From positions 13,420-77,419 of the forward strand of contig DLKQ01000013.1 of assembly GCA_002477805.1 (NCBI GenBank): a DNA stretch of 64,000 nucleotides, written 5' to 3'. Shown piece after piece: positions 41,301 through 48,332 of the stretch. The DNA is from Christensenella sp. UBA7584. GTDB lineage: Bacteria > Bacillota > Clostridia > Christensenellales > UBA1242. The translations under genes were made by a program, and so were the position numbers. The notes under the pieces are model-generated. The model was not told the DNA's origin, did not search any database, and saw nothing but the letters and a program-made list of their open reading frames with translations. Numbering within the stretch: the stretch's first letter is position 1; the number at the start of each line of letters is the position of its first letter.

Positions 41301-42047
41301 GTTTGTTGGGTCATCTTCATTGTATGCAAAAATGGTAATTTCACTTGTTGTACTTTGCGAAGTAGCAAGAACAAATTGCTCTCCATTTTTAAAAATAGTG
41401 TCATTTGAAGTTACACTCGTTCTGTAAACAATATTAGGAGTAACTGCTGTTTGAGGTTCAAATTTAAAAAACTTTTCAGTATCGAATTTGAAGTTTTGGT
41501 CTGTAAACACTGCGTAATTTTCTATCACATCTGGATTCGCTCCATTACTCTTTACAACTTGCAAATTGTCTTGATAGTCCATTGATGTGGCTGTTTCTGT
41601 AACTTCTACATAGATTTTTTCAAACACACTAGAATCTTCGCTCGAACTAATAGTTACATAAGTACTTTCATCACTAGCAGTTCCGCCAACTGCCATAAGT
41701 GTTATTGTACTTGTTTCAGTTTGTGGATTGTATGTTGAAACGATAGTTACTTTTTCGGTCGAACTAGAATACACATCAACAGCTCGGCTGACTTGCTCAT
41801 TTCCGCCAACTACTTTGGCCTGAATATACGCATAGCCACTTTCCTTAAGCTTTTGTTGTCCATTTTCATCAACTTCATACTCAGCACTAAGCTTGATTTT
41901 CTTTAATCCGTCTGCTTGTGAAATTTGCGAACTTTCTAGTTCTATCTTAAGTCCATCTCTTGGATTTCCACACGCTGAAAAGCCTAGCAGTGAAAGAACT
42001 GCCACGCATAGAATAAGCGATAATGTTTGAAAAAAATTGAACTTCAT
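23370..42047 (-). CDS. Giant (6,225 aa) surface lipoprotein: Ig-like segments plus six GLUG-type beta-helix repeat modules
   Basis: An uninterrupted 18,678-nt ORF with an AGGAG RBS. Signal peptide with lipobox (LLGFSAC). Hundreds of GG[ILF][VA]G.N.G.I repeats. The module caps contain Y.L..D[IL]D. Confidence 0.9.
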   Translation of the reverse strand: MKFNFFQTLSLILCVAVLSLLGFSACGNPRDGLKIELESSQISQADGLKKIKLSAEYEVDENGQQKLKESGYAYIQAKVVGGNEQVSRAVDVYSSSTEKVTIVSTYNPQTETSTITLMAVGGTASDESTYVTISSSEDSSVFEKIYVEVTETATSMDYQDNLQVVKSNGANPDVIENYAVFTDQNFKFDTEKFFKFEPQTAVTPNIVYRTSVTSNDTIFKNGEQFVLATSQSTTSEITIFAYNEDDPTNEVFQKTFKLKVLKNITSDMFSITRTNVTPNVSNLESFDLILSHTTKENFAELQIETPITGLKFESTYTGQNIRISPGNSSNKFELVGINETVVEDEVVFAVSYENILNSPKVLTPKVGVKVVYYPKAILVNGKGTEYKQIETPTGEQGYYDKFVKNEQNQFVKVSRQNFSSLNITVGETKCFDETITEISVFDSYKQDIDGSSLEITLDSFSYGYGKYVISLGQTVPELARELVIMYGEAHYQLFSQLPNGAYMTNDLVFYSGDVLKLKTLSSVTGSFPITITTLSDIGGNVVSRQVYLSFSAGITEINFDGIEADEKIELEVSEGETEVTNTREIQISVSPNGAKIRSDYENYITISSSDENYVEVSDVTASQDAQTGKFVVTAKKPTRQPVTITARSINGIEKSFKVAVKAVINTVTLEVAEGEDNISSEMKADKTNPNRQTLASVTTISNKSFTIKYNKFPAEADIHTPEIFVGKLDANGEIVKGEGSFLNIINIFADTSGINVYSKQEGTVYIVVDIPYLKINKNTNKTETNIIRQTFELRVFEPISEMIVSNERVEILASGNEGYYNQENQKAELSVSLIASSEEKQTTVKAGEAIWSIESGGENYVSINGEKAVEGQPNAVSGKTIVVTSKPLSSGIKSRTVRINVVITDVNNVIFSRTIEVTISELVRLGKISPEVDEIYFETTQEMSILSKDKLANKDEDQIGVTTNLKINIQSSSNVDPSNSNLEFFLIDCNSDFSTNQIKPSCNFRSESVWVGKDEKTGNYFVTPINAGSTLLYIVPQDTLPKERSEITLASLNSISNKQVVKISVADGFKTYIRVYDAQKLKSISENPSEWTKNYYIMNDIDVSGVKISKIGNEDTPFAGTMTSFSSTPSTIYGFELESSSGYSGIFGVLGMQTDDDKIFTAKIENLNFDISKLSVIRGKYVGSFAGKVEAGVKLSELAINTQNVEISSADQVYIGTIGINMSSEISNITVSFEANIKSVLQSITLGGMIAQNSATLVKGGLSAKTTITSSTKNSFPVNSKIGGVVGISSGQLSNITSSGEIRLNAENGCTYAGGIVAHTSGMVFNCSSSTQIANAFAVGGIVGYSSNIIRNCYYEIFDAEKPSLSSEVVNDGSVAFCCVGGLVGRYEGASIIASYVLSFTQSANVSEIYSTETAGGLVGSAPFGVTISSSYFYGKIKAKTVGGLVGEVGTSSDSTTITNTFTAGLLEVLENGKGALFASNVKGSITINTSYSIMEHPGVACVSKTSVATVIYNNVLLKQNDDSNKNVETSSGVTYKSENELKLEQTFTSNNFDFTNYWAFDALKRFEYPLPKYDDVVLYPDVQTTLSLSVKDVLPTNVFESTNSKNVIIMLDGLASKSIRLGSIFDADFSLASMVTIESSNLGVIYISNGNTVASATLNIVGTGSTFITVRSKYSSGLFDIVGIQVVQGYSDVKFYQSGALKDKEDELPGQTFNFVSGDTVTLQTGQNEDWLINYVNISRISGEYVTTPLVAEGLGTGVAFVLEDGYATFGEDEFKTKQMNFSDVISGIVKLANGDLVLMEYLFQFAFNLSSNAKVVDNGTSYVFSVSDDVWCNVNKTTFNVETSKKQVTLDRKAILNMTNYFAFYGSQIYILKLEDIEESDITNLLLKAKKAFSIFYSNADVLLDKRDGRYYVVLRVGGLNYAQVSQVISSQGRITGILSEVYMYVENTSTASLIAKSRNLNLQLTMVPYLKGQLGKVEGQVITSETENFVSYRWNQSVSIKLVIYEGASQIQIDKTGTETNPVELEISEDVELGVTLVSDSPTDQQFGSKIEVFEEDNLVASKLFDPNTQTTQIELSDYANDKYFLLVSDISLSGDNITENIVFGVQNSFKQSFKQAKTFKIVVSNYEFVSNSRVLTKEYYFQILPKEVQTVSIHHYADAQLEGELNLPGNYLVNAGAIPTDTILVGEMGLLRINVSPDYAVFDSIKVESNTVNGDRVTFQQRVAETTSQNGVDTTKYFIFSDGVVYIENGIMPACVTNSDGSFDGTIWLQTLIAKQSTTVQSFLITVTISKSGSEDKVFTFDLAVDSSANITLSYDTAKNLESNLPQAFVAVGTGGSSDKLNALGEKLTVTNGANKNILKITQQGEFESEVSVSIIDDQTEGLAQIEHTAGIYYVVVPSTVQIGAQFTVQVQGVKYVNGYRRTITRQMIFTTTDFVLKNGSLVVSDVKDAVMDKPYYKNAMFKITIGIDNEKINFNPTHAKAKQNLESFLKALNSGEVEIWSMLEKVSESASEETSIKQIKKAGSVGADYYYAVTAKLSDSVSPFDKNNDTGSTSVYSVIQNTFYIRLVIQDGDNNGWYFCPIKQNFNGLKVVFNDIDFSFNLSSVLNMGFTTLNGNDFFVPRQVFTLKFTQQTSRDSPIPIENLTDLLNMTEGRDYRLMADIDATSVLWEPLDVNIASLDGNGKTIKLSRFNTSTVGSETSVANYGLFAEIGEDTLIKNLTVQYITTELDLSASTYINFGGLAGINNGTVTNCQVIARDEFGNRGTIQISSTGSTSDVFNIAGLVAVNNASISNSRVKDLNLIARGYVAGFVSQNNHKIASSFSDNIQITNQALSNLSGASAGFVAFNSSGSQITTSYAGGAFVKFYTSNGRQIYEVDSSIGIQGRTVQIISTVNTGGFVYENYGKISDSFAGIALSLDSSSLSGGFVYANKSSGTIKRCYSVSYVPNIGASEQGNKAHTPFIGPTADYSSLYNENPRQDAIENCFFYDAGFGSEGIKLSEALGIEERTMEQFINRDNEQISYWDTYSTSRKYVDGFKGEEFASVWTFVNDDNAYFNMNNFLPKLKEANTLYFFMGPRLVSADLIAVENWDTVEYTKNESGEDMYTYTRGVYTKDDKIYAINEYLILDEDANVAVVSPNLIDSAETLYTLMKSDFECHGKITEWYRLVSDIDLSELTALGLDFSTISKQTFSGNFEGNGFEIKNLDISSGSADRFGLFSKIDDTNGIVNNFVSVQNLDLSVNNVTAALVTKVGALAGEVENVSINNINVYAKSTNSIVIGKNIVGGVIGKVTGTSRISNVDSSISVTAVFGNSQTVKLIYNADLLRLYKIANSGNPDSQLCYAGAVFGVVDLKSYVAEKLNITREDFNDAHISNIKVSGESEVIGTTAGGVVGLLGATSFANNIKKVVEVGSIIKAVRYAGGIVGENHGVLNYARLVYDEEVQDEMDKSTGVGFTSANANINMFQYNSKAIGGLVGINIGYIYDMQSGIIANSFNKVKVANSTAKVAGGLVGISVGGEIDTCYVTGSVLSTKSGTLGGAIGLVCGMGDVSSDISDPFPIEIVPNKSVYNGMKNDEIHTTISHLVAMNNWSVSDYDKLTLIKENGKFGGLIGEIVSDKISEMHSTISNEEYELLVAEGNGIGLSGEENFYVKEIYNYQPDKTKKASNGLEIKAVGAGLGTSDVATGLTRFEAYTYSYQNTSTQVKEQDEPDLKTRLLKQADRVFENWLVYNYGTVFTLSDDSLFYKNTNYDFAGMPIYKPLPNPDVIEIWTVEDYQNIKNSLKSNYVLMADLDFTGVEYSPIGSASKPFTGSFTGTSTQDGVTTTHVLYNITMPTDSTYNASGIGLFAYIKNATIKDVVVSGVNFSWVPSALNATSYAGIMVGYAEDSVISNVQVLEDFSRVEVESLGSEFTIDGKSYNISGNSLLSGGTKVADIKTVTISSESGSVTYQTFNIGRKSFEIQNNTLLQTWKKENILKSSAKYIGGLVGSYTLLAKEKGSILNSNVEAKLTVVNAGKQTLSIENNQFVLNGMVYTIDAFGNVYTDDGTLVASGTKFVLEDYNCTLNASKTKLECEPILNPEVYVGGSIGFVEASVGRNMLIEGDYFVGNIDIDRISPMNVGSFVGYASNVNIETAFANAKVNVIGAKHKAVVGGFAGEITNSVTTNVMMFGDVDLTIESNEKDLSIGGFAGRINGQIDNCITFANMRLSNEKNNWTALSSGTENQQIGGFAGSLGVNSNNLIMRNDVSFASIFNNSLLTNIDGFAYQTPTNFNSRDNDNVKNVYFDKYLSLTASDKAKCGQTSTSFLYYDSSSSTSFELLDANDQYSIFKFGSDKYPRIQFEPTAERTQFYSKYVELFENALYGTKIKPVQISNVGQFLAMAMPSSYTEDIAWANGWTKENYKWYIQSANLQDVPLTQNVILQGFYNGTGRSITTTSYDSIYGSSQAVSDMGLFGEIIGQSAISGVNATSTIYIGLSASGELKQTRIGIITANLSEQGVIFGSSTKGLITIITTEQIGNIVGGLVGVNSGQIIASSSKVDISFSGSDQNYFAVGGLVGYNNENNQNYTLKDCYFSGTINNYATEKAYAGGLIGKVVKNVAIPLETSISGQANLLNAYSSATIKGSGGAILGDWSGSDSLCKNIYYIGKINKPIQKKDTLIGDEFSVYEQRYGANEYGQTYNITTGVVLNEKTNGSMTPGIWLSRDYLNYGLPYLSTETNMIETGNGTRDSSGKDSPFLINNESQLVWALRTSSTNLSLAGVYKYRLIRDMDYSLISTILEASSNIQDLSLSMLDFKGTIDGDGHYILGSTSAFVGTNSGQITQLGFKDSTATSGLVANINAGTISKVYITKQGEIEMFANSGGGQITDCVTENYVIDTSGQGSSDPAKRTVNYDNIVAMSDSFDFVHTWALRPNNPGETNHLTTGNIALRCFVPTLATLDVNGTTGEISTSGLDVTLEINDIKQYSAILQYFARSGGNGFTYHINLSGSINMLGYKVPDLTSGNQEIKLDINGNNNTIYNFIIDDVSGLENTGLISVFNGTIKNLKFNQVSLVSEYVGGIVAGENLGTIKNITVSNSSISSINGSVGTVIGRNQGICEEISIENVSIISDGGTVGGVAGRNSGYVTTHIDNENNEVVELKGGIISTNKIKNLVIKKGKDINAIGGVVGSVDNRFSKITITDEVEIIVADSCENLGGIIGKGVATGEVIIRSSGALNLTLQSESANVGGAVGVITGSTQGEESPIGDALHLAGTINITANEAVKNLGGIIGSASGEGQIKVHTAESTIGAISLQINGESENIGGIIGVSASSSVQITSTSIVKSFKANININSTAQSKNIGGIVGYNLKTLDSIMYNGGEDNRIIINTTQTDSNIGGFAGYNLGTIKTAVSGVTINSVSTNVGGIVGLNDTAQSESTGLVETGVISAEASDIIIATLDSVGQPVASASVSEYVGGIVGKNNGKVQKFVINSSTLFGKRFVGGVAGINLQEIGNLDVGTASNTSQVVGVLTLSAEQDVGVITSINETDAVIQNLLVKALDGQTIKVTYTKTDSDSTPAGLLLAENKSTIKDVTFESRTQGSELTKLDTSALGSHTNVGLIGVNSGEISNINMKDVKITASENDSNIGFVGTNKAIISDITLSGVLTSNALKNIGMVAGYNEKNASIVRVKLGYETSKRWNLTGTSIGTVVGFNEGKISGYQVTGKLEINAENSVNVGGIVGLNNGQILELDGENLITGITITGGTNVGGAIGQNKENITLTQSTPIVNAITISGNENIGGFVGINSAKLSGTVTKSVITSSSLGGRLSVGGFVGKNTGTIDGAFVSGNTITQETNLSAEMNFGGLVGLNTSEITNSRVYATTINATSESGEAGSVLGGLVGQNQGTISGCNVNISSADKIQGKDNIGGIVGLNSTGGITQNVVLEALKTDGGEATSNVIVSTGVNVGGLVGNNMSSLTGTNSVGAGNTIIAQGILGGIVGLNEGTFSGTSAFSGAVNGKVGNSSVSSYAIGGAVGINRGNITTKFSISHKSQIAGGILIGGFVGLSENKGEMKGEMSSATVTFVRDNTDQVLTLSYFGAKTYQYGTDGHTNDYTDFKSPKQTWYMWYHNTNYNNRIDEIPTISSGTTYFVGVGILVGCNDNNVGLPKVTPTIYFEQVSGQISDPREYLNYYIREGTTYKLCDKNLSDMTESEKSSLYRGIVDFKQQGSGYAYVLEQQPAGMSKQ

Positions 42048-42402
42048 TTTAAACTCCTGTTTTTTATATTGTGAAATTTGTCGAATTATATAACAAAATT
42101 GTATTATTTTTTGGTATCAAATGTCAAACGAATTTAACAAGTTTTATATATTTTTTAAATATATAAACACACTTTTTAGTCACATAACCGCAAAATTGTG
42201 TTACTTTAATGCAAAAACTAGACATTATGCTACAACTTTATACAATTATCTCTATTTTTCTTGCTATAAAGTATTTTTGGATTTAGAAAACCAAATTCGA
42301 CAATTTTTGTCACTATGTTACAATTTTTGTGGGGGAATACTGCATTATTTTGTCGTTATGTGTCTAATTTTTGCATTTTTAATCAATTTTTTATGGTAAA
42401 AT

Positions 42403-42430
42403 ATAAAAAACTACCCCAAAAGGTAGTTTA
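42403..42430 (-). terminator. Intrinsic terminator ~230 nt downstream of glyQS
   Basis: Minus strand: AAACTACC-ttttgg-GGTAGTTTTTTAT. Confidence 0.6.
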
Positions 42431-42657
42431 AGTATTTATTAAAAATGTAAATTGCCTTTGCCAACATTTAAGCTTACACTCACATCACTGCAAGGTTTAC
42501 ATAGTTTGAGCAAAAAGCTTTATGTCGATTTAGCACATTATAGTCATTTTTTAGAGGAGCATTTTCACGCTATTTTTGTAATTTAAAAATTAGCTTTTTC
42601 TTAGTTTTAAACAACTAAGCAAGTTTAAAATAACCCATTTTTAAGAAAATGTGAAAT

Positions 42658-44052
42658 TTACTCTTTTTCAAGATTTTGAGATAGGTATGAAACAAGATTT
42701 TCAAGGCTAACACGCTCTTGTTTCATTGTGTCACGGTCACGAACTGTTACACAGTTATCTTCAAGAGTGTCAAAATCAATAGTTACGCAGTATGGAGTAC
42801 CGATTTCGTCTTGCCTACGATAGCGTTTTCCTATTGAACCCGAAGTATCAAACTCGCTTCTAAATTTTTGTGAAACAAGGCGGAAAACTTGTTCTGCTTT
42901 TTCCGAAAGTTTGTTTGAAAGTGGTAAAACAGCTACTTTGATTGGCGCTAGTTTTTTGCTAAATTTCATCACAGTACGCTCTTCACCATTTTCTAATGTT
43001 TCGACATTATAAGCCGAACAAAGAACAGCAAGTATTGTACGGTCAACACCGACAGAAGGCTCTATAACATAAGGGATAAATTTTTCATTTGTGTGAGGGT
43101 CAAGGTAGCTCAAATCCTGTCCACTAAACTTTTGATGTTGAGTCAAGTCGTGGTCTGTTCGATTAGCAATTCCCCAAAGTTCTCCCCAGCCAAAAGGAAA
43201 TTTAAACTCAATGTCAGTGGTTGCGACTGAGTAAAAACAAAGTTCGTCTTGGTCATGGTCTCTGAGCCTCAAAAGTTCTTTTTCAATACATAAACTCTGC
43301 AAAAAGTCAAAAGCCTTTTGTCTATAGTAAACAAAATATTTTTCACTCTCATCAGGCCTGCAGAAAAATTCTAGTTCCATTTGTTCAAACTCACGAACTC
43401 TGAATATAAAATTCCCTGGTGTGATTTCGTTTCTAAATGACTTTCCGATTTGTCCAATTCCAAGTGGGAGTTTTCCGCGACAAGTGCGAAGTACATTTTT
43501 AAAGTTTACAAAAATTCCGCCCGCTGTTTCAGGACGAAGGAAAATTTCGCTCTTTTTATCCTCTGTTACACCTTGAAAAGTTTTGAACATCAAATTAAAC
43601 TTTCTAATTGGTGTAAAGTCTGTTTTTCCACAATTCGGACAAGGAATATTGTTTTCTTTTATGAAATCTTCTAACTGTTTGTCACTCAGCGATTCTACAC
43701 TAAAATCAAGAGTTTTTCCATTTTTAAAGAGCCACTCTTCAATTAATTTGTCCGCACGAACACGACTTTTACAATTCTTGCAGTCCATTAAAGGGTCAGA
43801 AAAGTTTGCAAGGTGTCCGCTTGCTTCCCACACTGTTGGATTCATTAAAATCGCACTGTCAAGACCAACATTGTTTGGTTCACGCTCTATAAATTCTTTC
43901 CACCATTCTCTTTTTATGTTGTTTTTGAGTTCAACTCCAAGTGGACCATAATCCCAAGTATTGGAAAGCCCTCCATAAATTTCGCTACCTGCAAAAATAA
44001 AACCTCTATTTTTGCAAAGTGCAACAAGTTCGTTCATTGTAATTTGTGTCAT
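42658..44052 (-). CDS. glyQS: Glycine--tRNA ligase (dimeric class II GlyQS type)
   Basis: 464 aa. [49 protein letters not shown] (motif 2) and GVDRT (motif 3). Confidence 0.95.
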   Translation of the reverse strand: MTQITMNELVALCKNRGFIFAGSEIYGGLSNTWDYGPLGVELKNNIKREWWKEFIEREPNNVGLDSAILMNPTVWEASGHLANFSDPLMDCKNCKSRVRADKLIEEWLFKNGKTLDFSVESLSDKQLEDFIKENNIPCPNCGKTDFTPIRKFNLMFKTFQGVTEDKKSEIFLRPETAGGIFVNFKNVLRTCRGKLPLGIGQIGKSFRNEITPGNFIFRVREFEQMELEFFCRPDESEKYFVYYRQKAFDFLQSLCIEKELLRLRDHDQDELCFYSVATTDIEFKFPFGWGELWGIANRTDHDLTQHQKFSGQDLSYLDPHTNEKFIPYVIEPSVGVDRTILAVLCSAYNVETLENGEERTVMKFSKKLAPIKVAVLPLSNKLSEKAEQVFRLVSQKFRSEFDTSGSIGKRYRRQDEIGTPYCVTIDFDTLEDNCVTVRDRDTMKQERVSLENLVSYLSQNLEKE

Positions 44053-44084
44053 ATTATAATCCTTTTTGCTGTTTTTTGACGAAA

Positions 44085-46418
44085 TTAGTCAATATTTCGC
44101 ATAGTTAAACTAATTCTATTTTTTGCAATATCTACGCCGATAACTTTTACTTTTACTCTGTCACCAACTGTAAGTTCCTCACTTGGGTGCTTTATGTAAT
44201 GGTCACAAATTTGCGAAATGTGAACCAAGCCATCTTGGTGCACTCCAATATCAACAAAAGCACCGAAATCTATTACATTTCGAACCACACCGTCAAGAAC
44301 CATTCCTTCCTTTAAGTCCTCTATGCTGAGCAGGTCTCCTCTAAGTTCAACTTGTGGCAAACTGTCTCGAATATCTCTACCCGGCTTTTGAAGTTCGGCA
44401 ACAATATCATTTAGTGTAGGAACACCAACCCCGCAAAGCTGGGCAACTTTTTCTTCCCCCTCACTCTTTATTGCAGTAGGTAAAACTGAAAGTCCGCCTT
44501 CCTTAATTTTTTGCTGGTCTATGTTAAAATGTTTAAGAAGTTTTTCAACTGCTTCATAACTTTCTGGGTGAACTGAAGTGTTGTCCAAAATATTTTTTGC
44601 ATTAGGAATTCTCAAAAAGCCTGCGCACTGCTCAAAAGCTTTTGCTCCAAGTTTTGGAACATCAACAAGTTCTTGCCTACTCTTAAATTCACCTTTTTTA
44701 GCACGGTAATCTGCAATACTTTTTGCACTTGCACTATTAAGGCCGCTCACCCTTGCAAGAAGTGGAACACTTGCTGTGTTAAGGTCAACTCCAACACTGT
44801 TTACACAACCTTCTACCACGCCTTCTAGCACTTCTCCAAGCCTTTTTTGTGGCATATCGTGTTGATACTGACCTACCCCGATTGATTTTGGGTCAATTTT
44901 AATGAGTTCAGCAAGTGGGTCTTGAAGCCTACGCGCGATACTAATTGCACTACGAATATTTACATCATAGTCTGGAAATTCTTGAGAAGCGAGTTTGCTT
45001 GCACTGTACACACTGGCTCCAGCTTCGTTTACCATTGCGTATTGAACAGGAATTTGTACTGATTTGATTAGTTTTACTACAAAAATTTCTGCTTCTTTGC
45101 TCGCTGTTCCGTTTCCGACAGCAATTGCGTTTACATTATGCCTATAAATCATATTTGAAAGCTCTTTAATAGCTTCATCAACTTTATTTAGTGGAGGAGT
45201 TGGATAAACAACCCCAGTATCTAACACATTCCCGCTAGAGTCAACAACTGCCACCTTGCACCCCATTCTGTAACCTGGGTCAATAGACATAACAACCTTT
45301 CCTTTTAGTGGTGGTTGAAGTAATAGTGGCTTTAAATTGAGTTCAAACATTTTTATTGCTTGCTCGCTAGCGTTTTCAGTAAGTGTTGCTCTAATTTCAG
45401 TTTCAAGAGAAGGTGCTAAAAGTCTAGAAAAACCGTCAGATACCGCTTCAGACAAAAACTGAGTTACCGAAAGTTCGGCTTTTGGAGTCTTTTCAAATTC
45501 TCTTGTAGCGTTGATTGCTTTTGTAATTAAAATAGAAGCGTCTTTTACTACTTTCTCACTCTTTTCTTCACTCTTTTCTGCTTCTTTTTTCTCTTCATCT
45601 TTAACTTTTTCAGTCTGTTTTTCATCTTTTACACTTAACTTGACATTTTCTTTGATGAAAGTTTTGAATAAAAAGTTTAAGCAATCCACTGCATCTTGTG
45701 GCTTCATTACTAGAAATGCTTTTAAAGCACCCTCCTTCTCGCCTCGATTTATTGCAAGCACGCGGTGAGACGGAATAGTTCTGACAAGTTCGGAAAAGTC
45801 TTTGTATGTTTCATAAACTTTCTTCTCGTCTTTTTCTTCTTTCCACTCAGTGGCAAGTTTTGCTTTTGCAAAGAATTTTTCTCGCATTTCTTTTCGTACA
45901 TTTGTGCTATCTGAAACAATCTCAGCAATAATATCACTTGCGCCCTGAAGTGCATCTTGAACGGTTTCAATGCCTTTTTCTGGATTAATATACTTTTCAG
46001 CTTCACTAACCATATTAAAGTCTTTTGCTTGCTTTAAAATTTCATCAGCAAGTGGTTGAAGCCCTGCCGAAATAGCAACTGAAGCCCTTGTTTTCCTCTT
46101 TGGCCTAAATGGGCGGTAAATATCTTCTACTTCGGTAATAGTTAACGCTGAGTCTATCTGTTTTGAAAGCTCATCGGTAAGATTCCCTTGCTCGGTTAAA
46201 AGCTTGATTACTTCTTCTTTTCTTTTTTCTAAATTTCTAAGCTGAGAAAGGCTGTCTGCAAATTCTCTGATAGTTTGGTCGTCACAACTTCCGTGCATTT
46301 CCTTTCGGTATCTTGAAATAAATGGAATGGTACAACCTTCATCAAGTAAATTTATGATATTATTTGCATAACTTTCTTTTAGATTAAATTTTGTAGCTAA
46401 AACTTGGACTATATTCAT
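44085..46418 (-). CDS. tex: Tex-like transcription accessory protein (YqgF/RuvC-like, HhH and S1 domains)
   Basis: [11 protein letters not shown], the YqgF-like segment [18 protein letters not shown], and the C-terminal S1 domain [32 protein letters not shown]. It also carries a K/E-rich insertion, [26 protein letters not shown]. Confidence 0.9.
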   Translation of the reverse strand: MNIVQVLATKFNLKESYANNIINLLDEGCTIPFISRYRKEMHGSCDDQTIREFADSLSQLRNLEKRKEEVIKLLTEQGNLTDELSKQIDSALTITEVEDIYRPFRPKRKTRASVAISAGLQPLADEILKQAKDFNMVSEAEKYINPEKGIETVQDALQGASDIIAEIVSDSTNVRKEMREKFFAKAKLATEWKEEKDEKKVYETYKDFSELVRTIPSHRVLAINRGEKEGALKAFLVMKPQDAVDCLNFLFKTFIKENVKLSVKDEKQTEKVKDEEKKEAEKSEEKSEKVVKDASILITKAINATREFEKTPKAELSVTQFLSEAVSDGFSRLLAPSLETEIRATLTENASEQAIKMFELNLKPLLLQPPLKGKVVMSIDPGYRMGCKVAVVDSSGNVLDTGVVYPTPPLNKVDEAIKELSNMIYRHNVNAIAVGNGTASKEAEIFVVKLIKSVQIPVQYAMVNEAGASVYSASKLASQEFPDYDVNIRSAISIARRLQDPLAELIKIDPKSIGVGQYQHDMPQKRLGEVLEGVVEGCVNSVGVDLNTASVPLLARVSGLNSASAKSIADYRAKKGEFKSRQELVDVPKLGAKAFEQCAGFLRIPNAKNILDNTSVHPESYEAVEKLLKHFNIDQQKIKEGGLSVLPTAIKSEGEEKVAQLCGVGVPTLNDIVAELQKPGRDIRDSLPQVELRGDLLSIEDLKEGMVLDGVVRNVIDFGAFVDIGVHQDGLVHISQICDHYIKHPSEELTVGDRVKVKVIGVDIAKNRISLTMRNID

Positions 46419-46555
46419 TTTTAATTCCTCTTTTTAAGTTTGTATTAAAATTACCACATTAGGCAAAAAAGGTCAAGCGGTTTAGTTGACAAATTCAAAA
46501 AGATTTGTCATACTAAGAGCATATTAATAGGTTTAAAACTTAGGGAGAAAAATTT

Positions 46556-47410
46556 ATGAAAATAAAAATTACATCAGATAGTACAAGTGATTTAAGCTCG
46601 GAGCTAATCAAAAAATACAACATCGGAATTTTGCCTGTAACTGTTATTGCAGACGGAAAAGAGTACAAAGACGGTGTGGACATAACCACAGATGAACTTT
46701 TCCCGATTGTAGAAAAGACAGGCGAATTACCAAAAACGGCAGCAACAAACCCAACACTTTTTGAGGAATTTTTCAAATCTCAATTAGAAAGTGACGGGGG
46801 CTATGATGCGATTATTCACTTTGATATTTCGTCTAAAATCAGTAGTTTGTTTCAAAACGCACAAATTGCCTCTCAAGCTTTTGATAACAAGGTATTTGTA
46901 GTGGACAGCCTTTCTCTCTCAACAGGAATTGGTCTTCAAATGCTTTACGCCTATGAACTTGCGCAAAAAGGCGTTTCGGCAGAGGAAATTTATCAAAAAG
47001 TTTTAGAAAGACGCAACTCTGTTCAGGCTTCTTTCGTTATTGACACATTAAAATATTTGTACAAGGGCGGTAGATGTTCTCGCCTTGCAATGTTTGGTGC
47101 AAATCTGTTAAAGATTAAGCCAGTAATTGCTCTTAATGACGGAAAAATGGACGTAGATAGCAAGCCACGCGGAAAATTTGCCGATGTTGCAATGAAATAT
47201 GTTGAATATACTTTGCAAAAATACAAGACTCCAGACAAAACAAGATGCTTTTTGACTTACACTACTTTAGATGATGAGATAGTACAAAAAATTTATGAGC
47301 GAATAAAACCTCTATTTAAAGAAGTGCTTATTACTAGAGCAGGTTGTACTGTAGCAACCCACTGCGGAAAAAACACTGTTGGAATTTTGTTTTATAACGA
47401 CGGAAAATAG
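46556..47410 (+). CDS. DegV-family fatty-acid-binding protein
   Basis: IKITSDSTSDLSSELIKKYNIGILPVTVIADGKEYKDGVDIT is the canonical DegV N-terminus. 284 aa. Confidence 0.9.
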   Translation: MKIKITSDSTSDLSSELIKKYNIGILPVTVIADGKEYKDGVDITTDELFPIVEKTGELPKTAATNPTLFEEFFKSQLESDGGYDAIIHFDISSKISSLFQNAQIASQAFDNKVFVVDSLSLSTGIGLQMLYAYELAQKGVSAEEIYQKVLERRNSVQASFVIDTLKYLYKGGRCSRLAMFGANLLKIKPVIALNDGKMDVDSKPRGKFADVAMKYVEYTLQKYKTPDKTRCFLTYTTLDDEIVQKIYERIKPLFKEVLITRAGCTVATHCGKNTVGILFYNDGK

Positions 47411-47742
47411 AGATAAAATTGCATTAATATAAAATACTAGGTTGTCCAAAAGTAAAGCAAATACATAGGCAAAATGCAAAGCTGAAATAAGGTAGGAAAA
47501 TAAAAACTAAACACAAAAAGATAAACAAAAGTTTTTTAGAAAATAACAAAAACTAGTATCAGGCTTTTAAACTTAATAATACCAAAAATTTTTAAAAACC
47601 AAAAAATTTGTTATTTTAAACTTTGCAACAATCAATTTTTACTCAAAACTAGAAAAGTATTTTAATTTACCTAAAAATCGAAATTTAAACTATAATAAAA
47701 ATTGCAAGAATATAAATTACTATAAAAAATATAAAAAGTAGA

Positions 47743-48270
47743 CTAGTCAAAGTCTACTTTTTTACTGAGCACTTTTGTGAAAAATGGTTTAGCACTTTCC
47801 ACCAAATAGTCCATATATTTTGTTGGCTCTTGCCTAATTTGTGTGCTACTTATGTTTACCTTAGTTCGTTTTGGGTCTTGCAAAATGTATTTTGACTCAG
47901 GAAAATATTTCGCATAATATGGAGCGTAACTTTCTTCACTGCCGAAAATAAAGTCTATTTTTTCGCCTATGCGTTCTTTTAACATTCTACTCCAAACTTC
48001 CCAACCATAAGGCATTGGCTTGATACCTCTTTCATCAAAAGGTACAATTTTGATATTTTTTTGTTCTCCAAGTTCTAGTCTAACCCACATTGCTTTTTGT
48101 GCAAGTGAAATATAAGGTAGTCCCGCTTGCTCACAAAGTTCCTCGCAAACAACTGGGTCTTCTCCAACTACAACATACAGTTTGTCGCATTTTTTGCTTG
48201 CATCTAAAATTGCCTTTATGTGCCCCTTGTGCGGTGGCAAAAACTTTCCTACAAAAATTCCTGTAGACAT
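47743..48270 (-). CDS. Cytidylyltransferase-fold nucleotidyltransferase (NadM/NMNAT-like)
   Basis: GIFVGKFLPPHKGHI is an HxGH-type motif. ISSTQIR is the ISSTxxR motif. ~175 aa. AGGAGG RBS 9 nt before the ATG at 48270. Confidence 0.7.
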   Translation of the reverse strand: MSTGIFVGKFLPPHKGHIKAILDASKKCDKLYVVVGEDPVVCEELCEQAGLPYISLAQKAMWVRLELGEQKNIKIVPFDERGIKPMPYGWEVWSRMLKERIGEKIDFIFGSEESYAPYYAKYFPESKYILQDPKRTKVNISSTQIRQEPTKYMDYLVESAKPFFTKVLSKKVDFD

Positions 48271-48303
48271 CAATTATTTCCTCCTATGTGTTGATACAAA
48301 TTT

Positions 48304-48332
48304 TATTATAACACACAAAAAAACTTAACGCA
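48304..48332 (-). promoter_or_regulatory. Sigma-A type promoter of the NMNAT-like gene
   Basis: Minus strand: TTGCGT, a 17-nt spacer, then TGtTATAAT. It leaves only a ~30-nt leader, so there is no room for a riboswitch. Confidence 0.55.

Noticed and set aside
42121-42399. 92-aa plus-strand ORF upstream of the giant gene
   Set aside because: No RBS, a low-complexity F/Y/N/L-rich translation typical of AT-rich non-coding DNA, and it lies in the expected promoter region of the giant gene.
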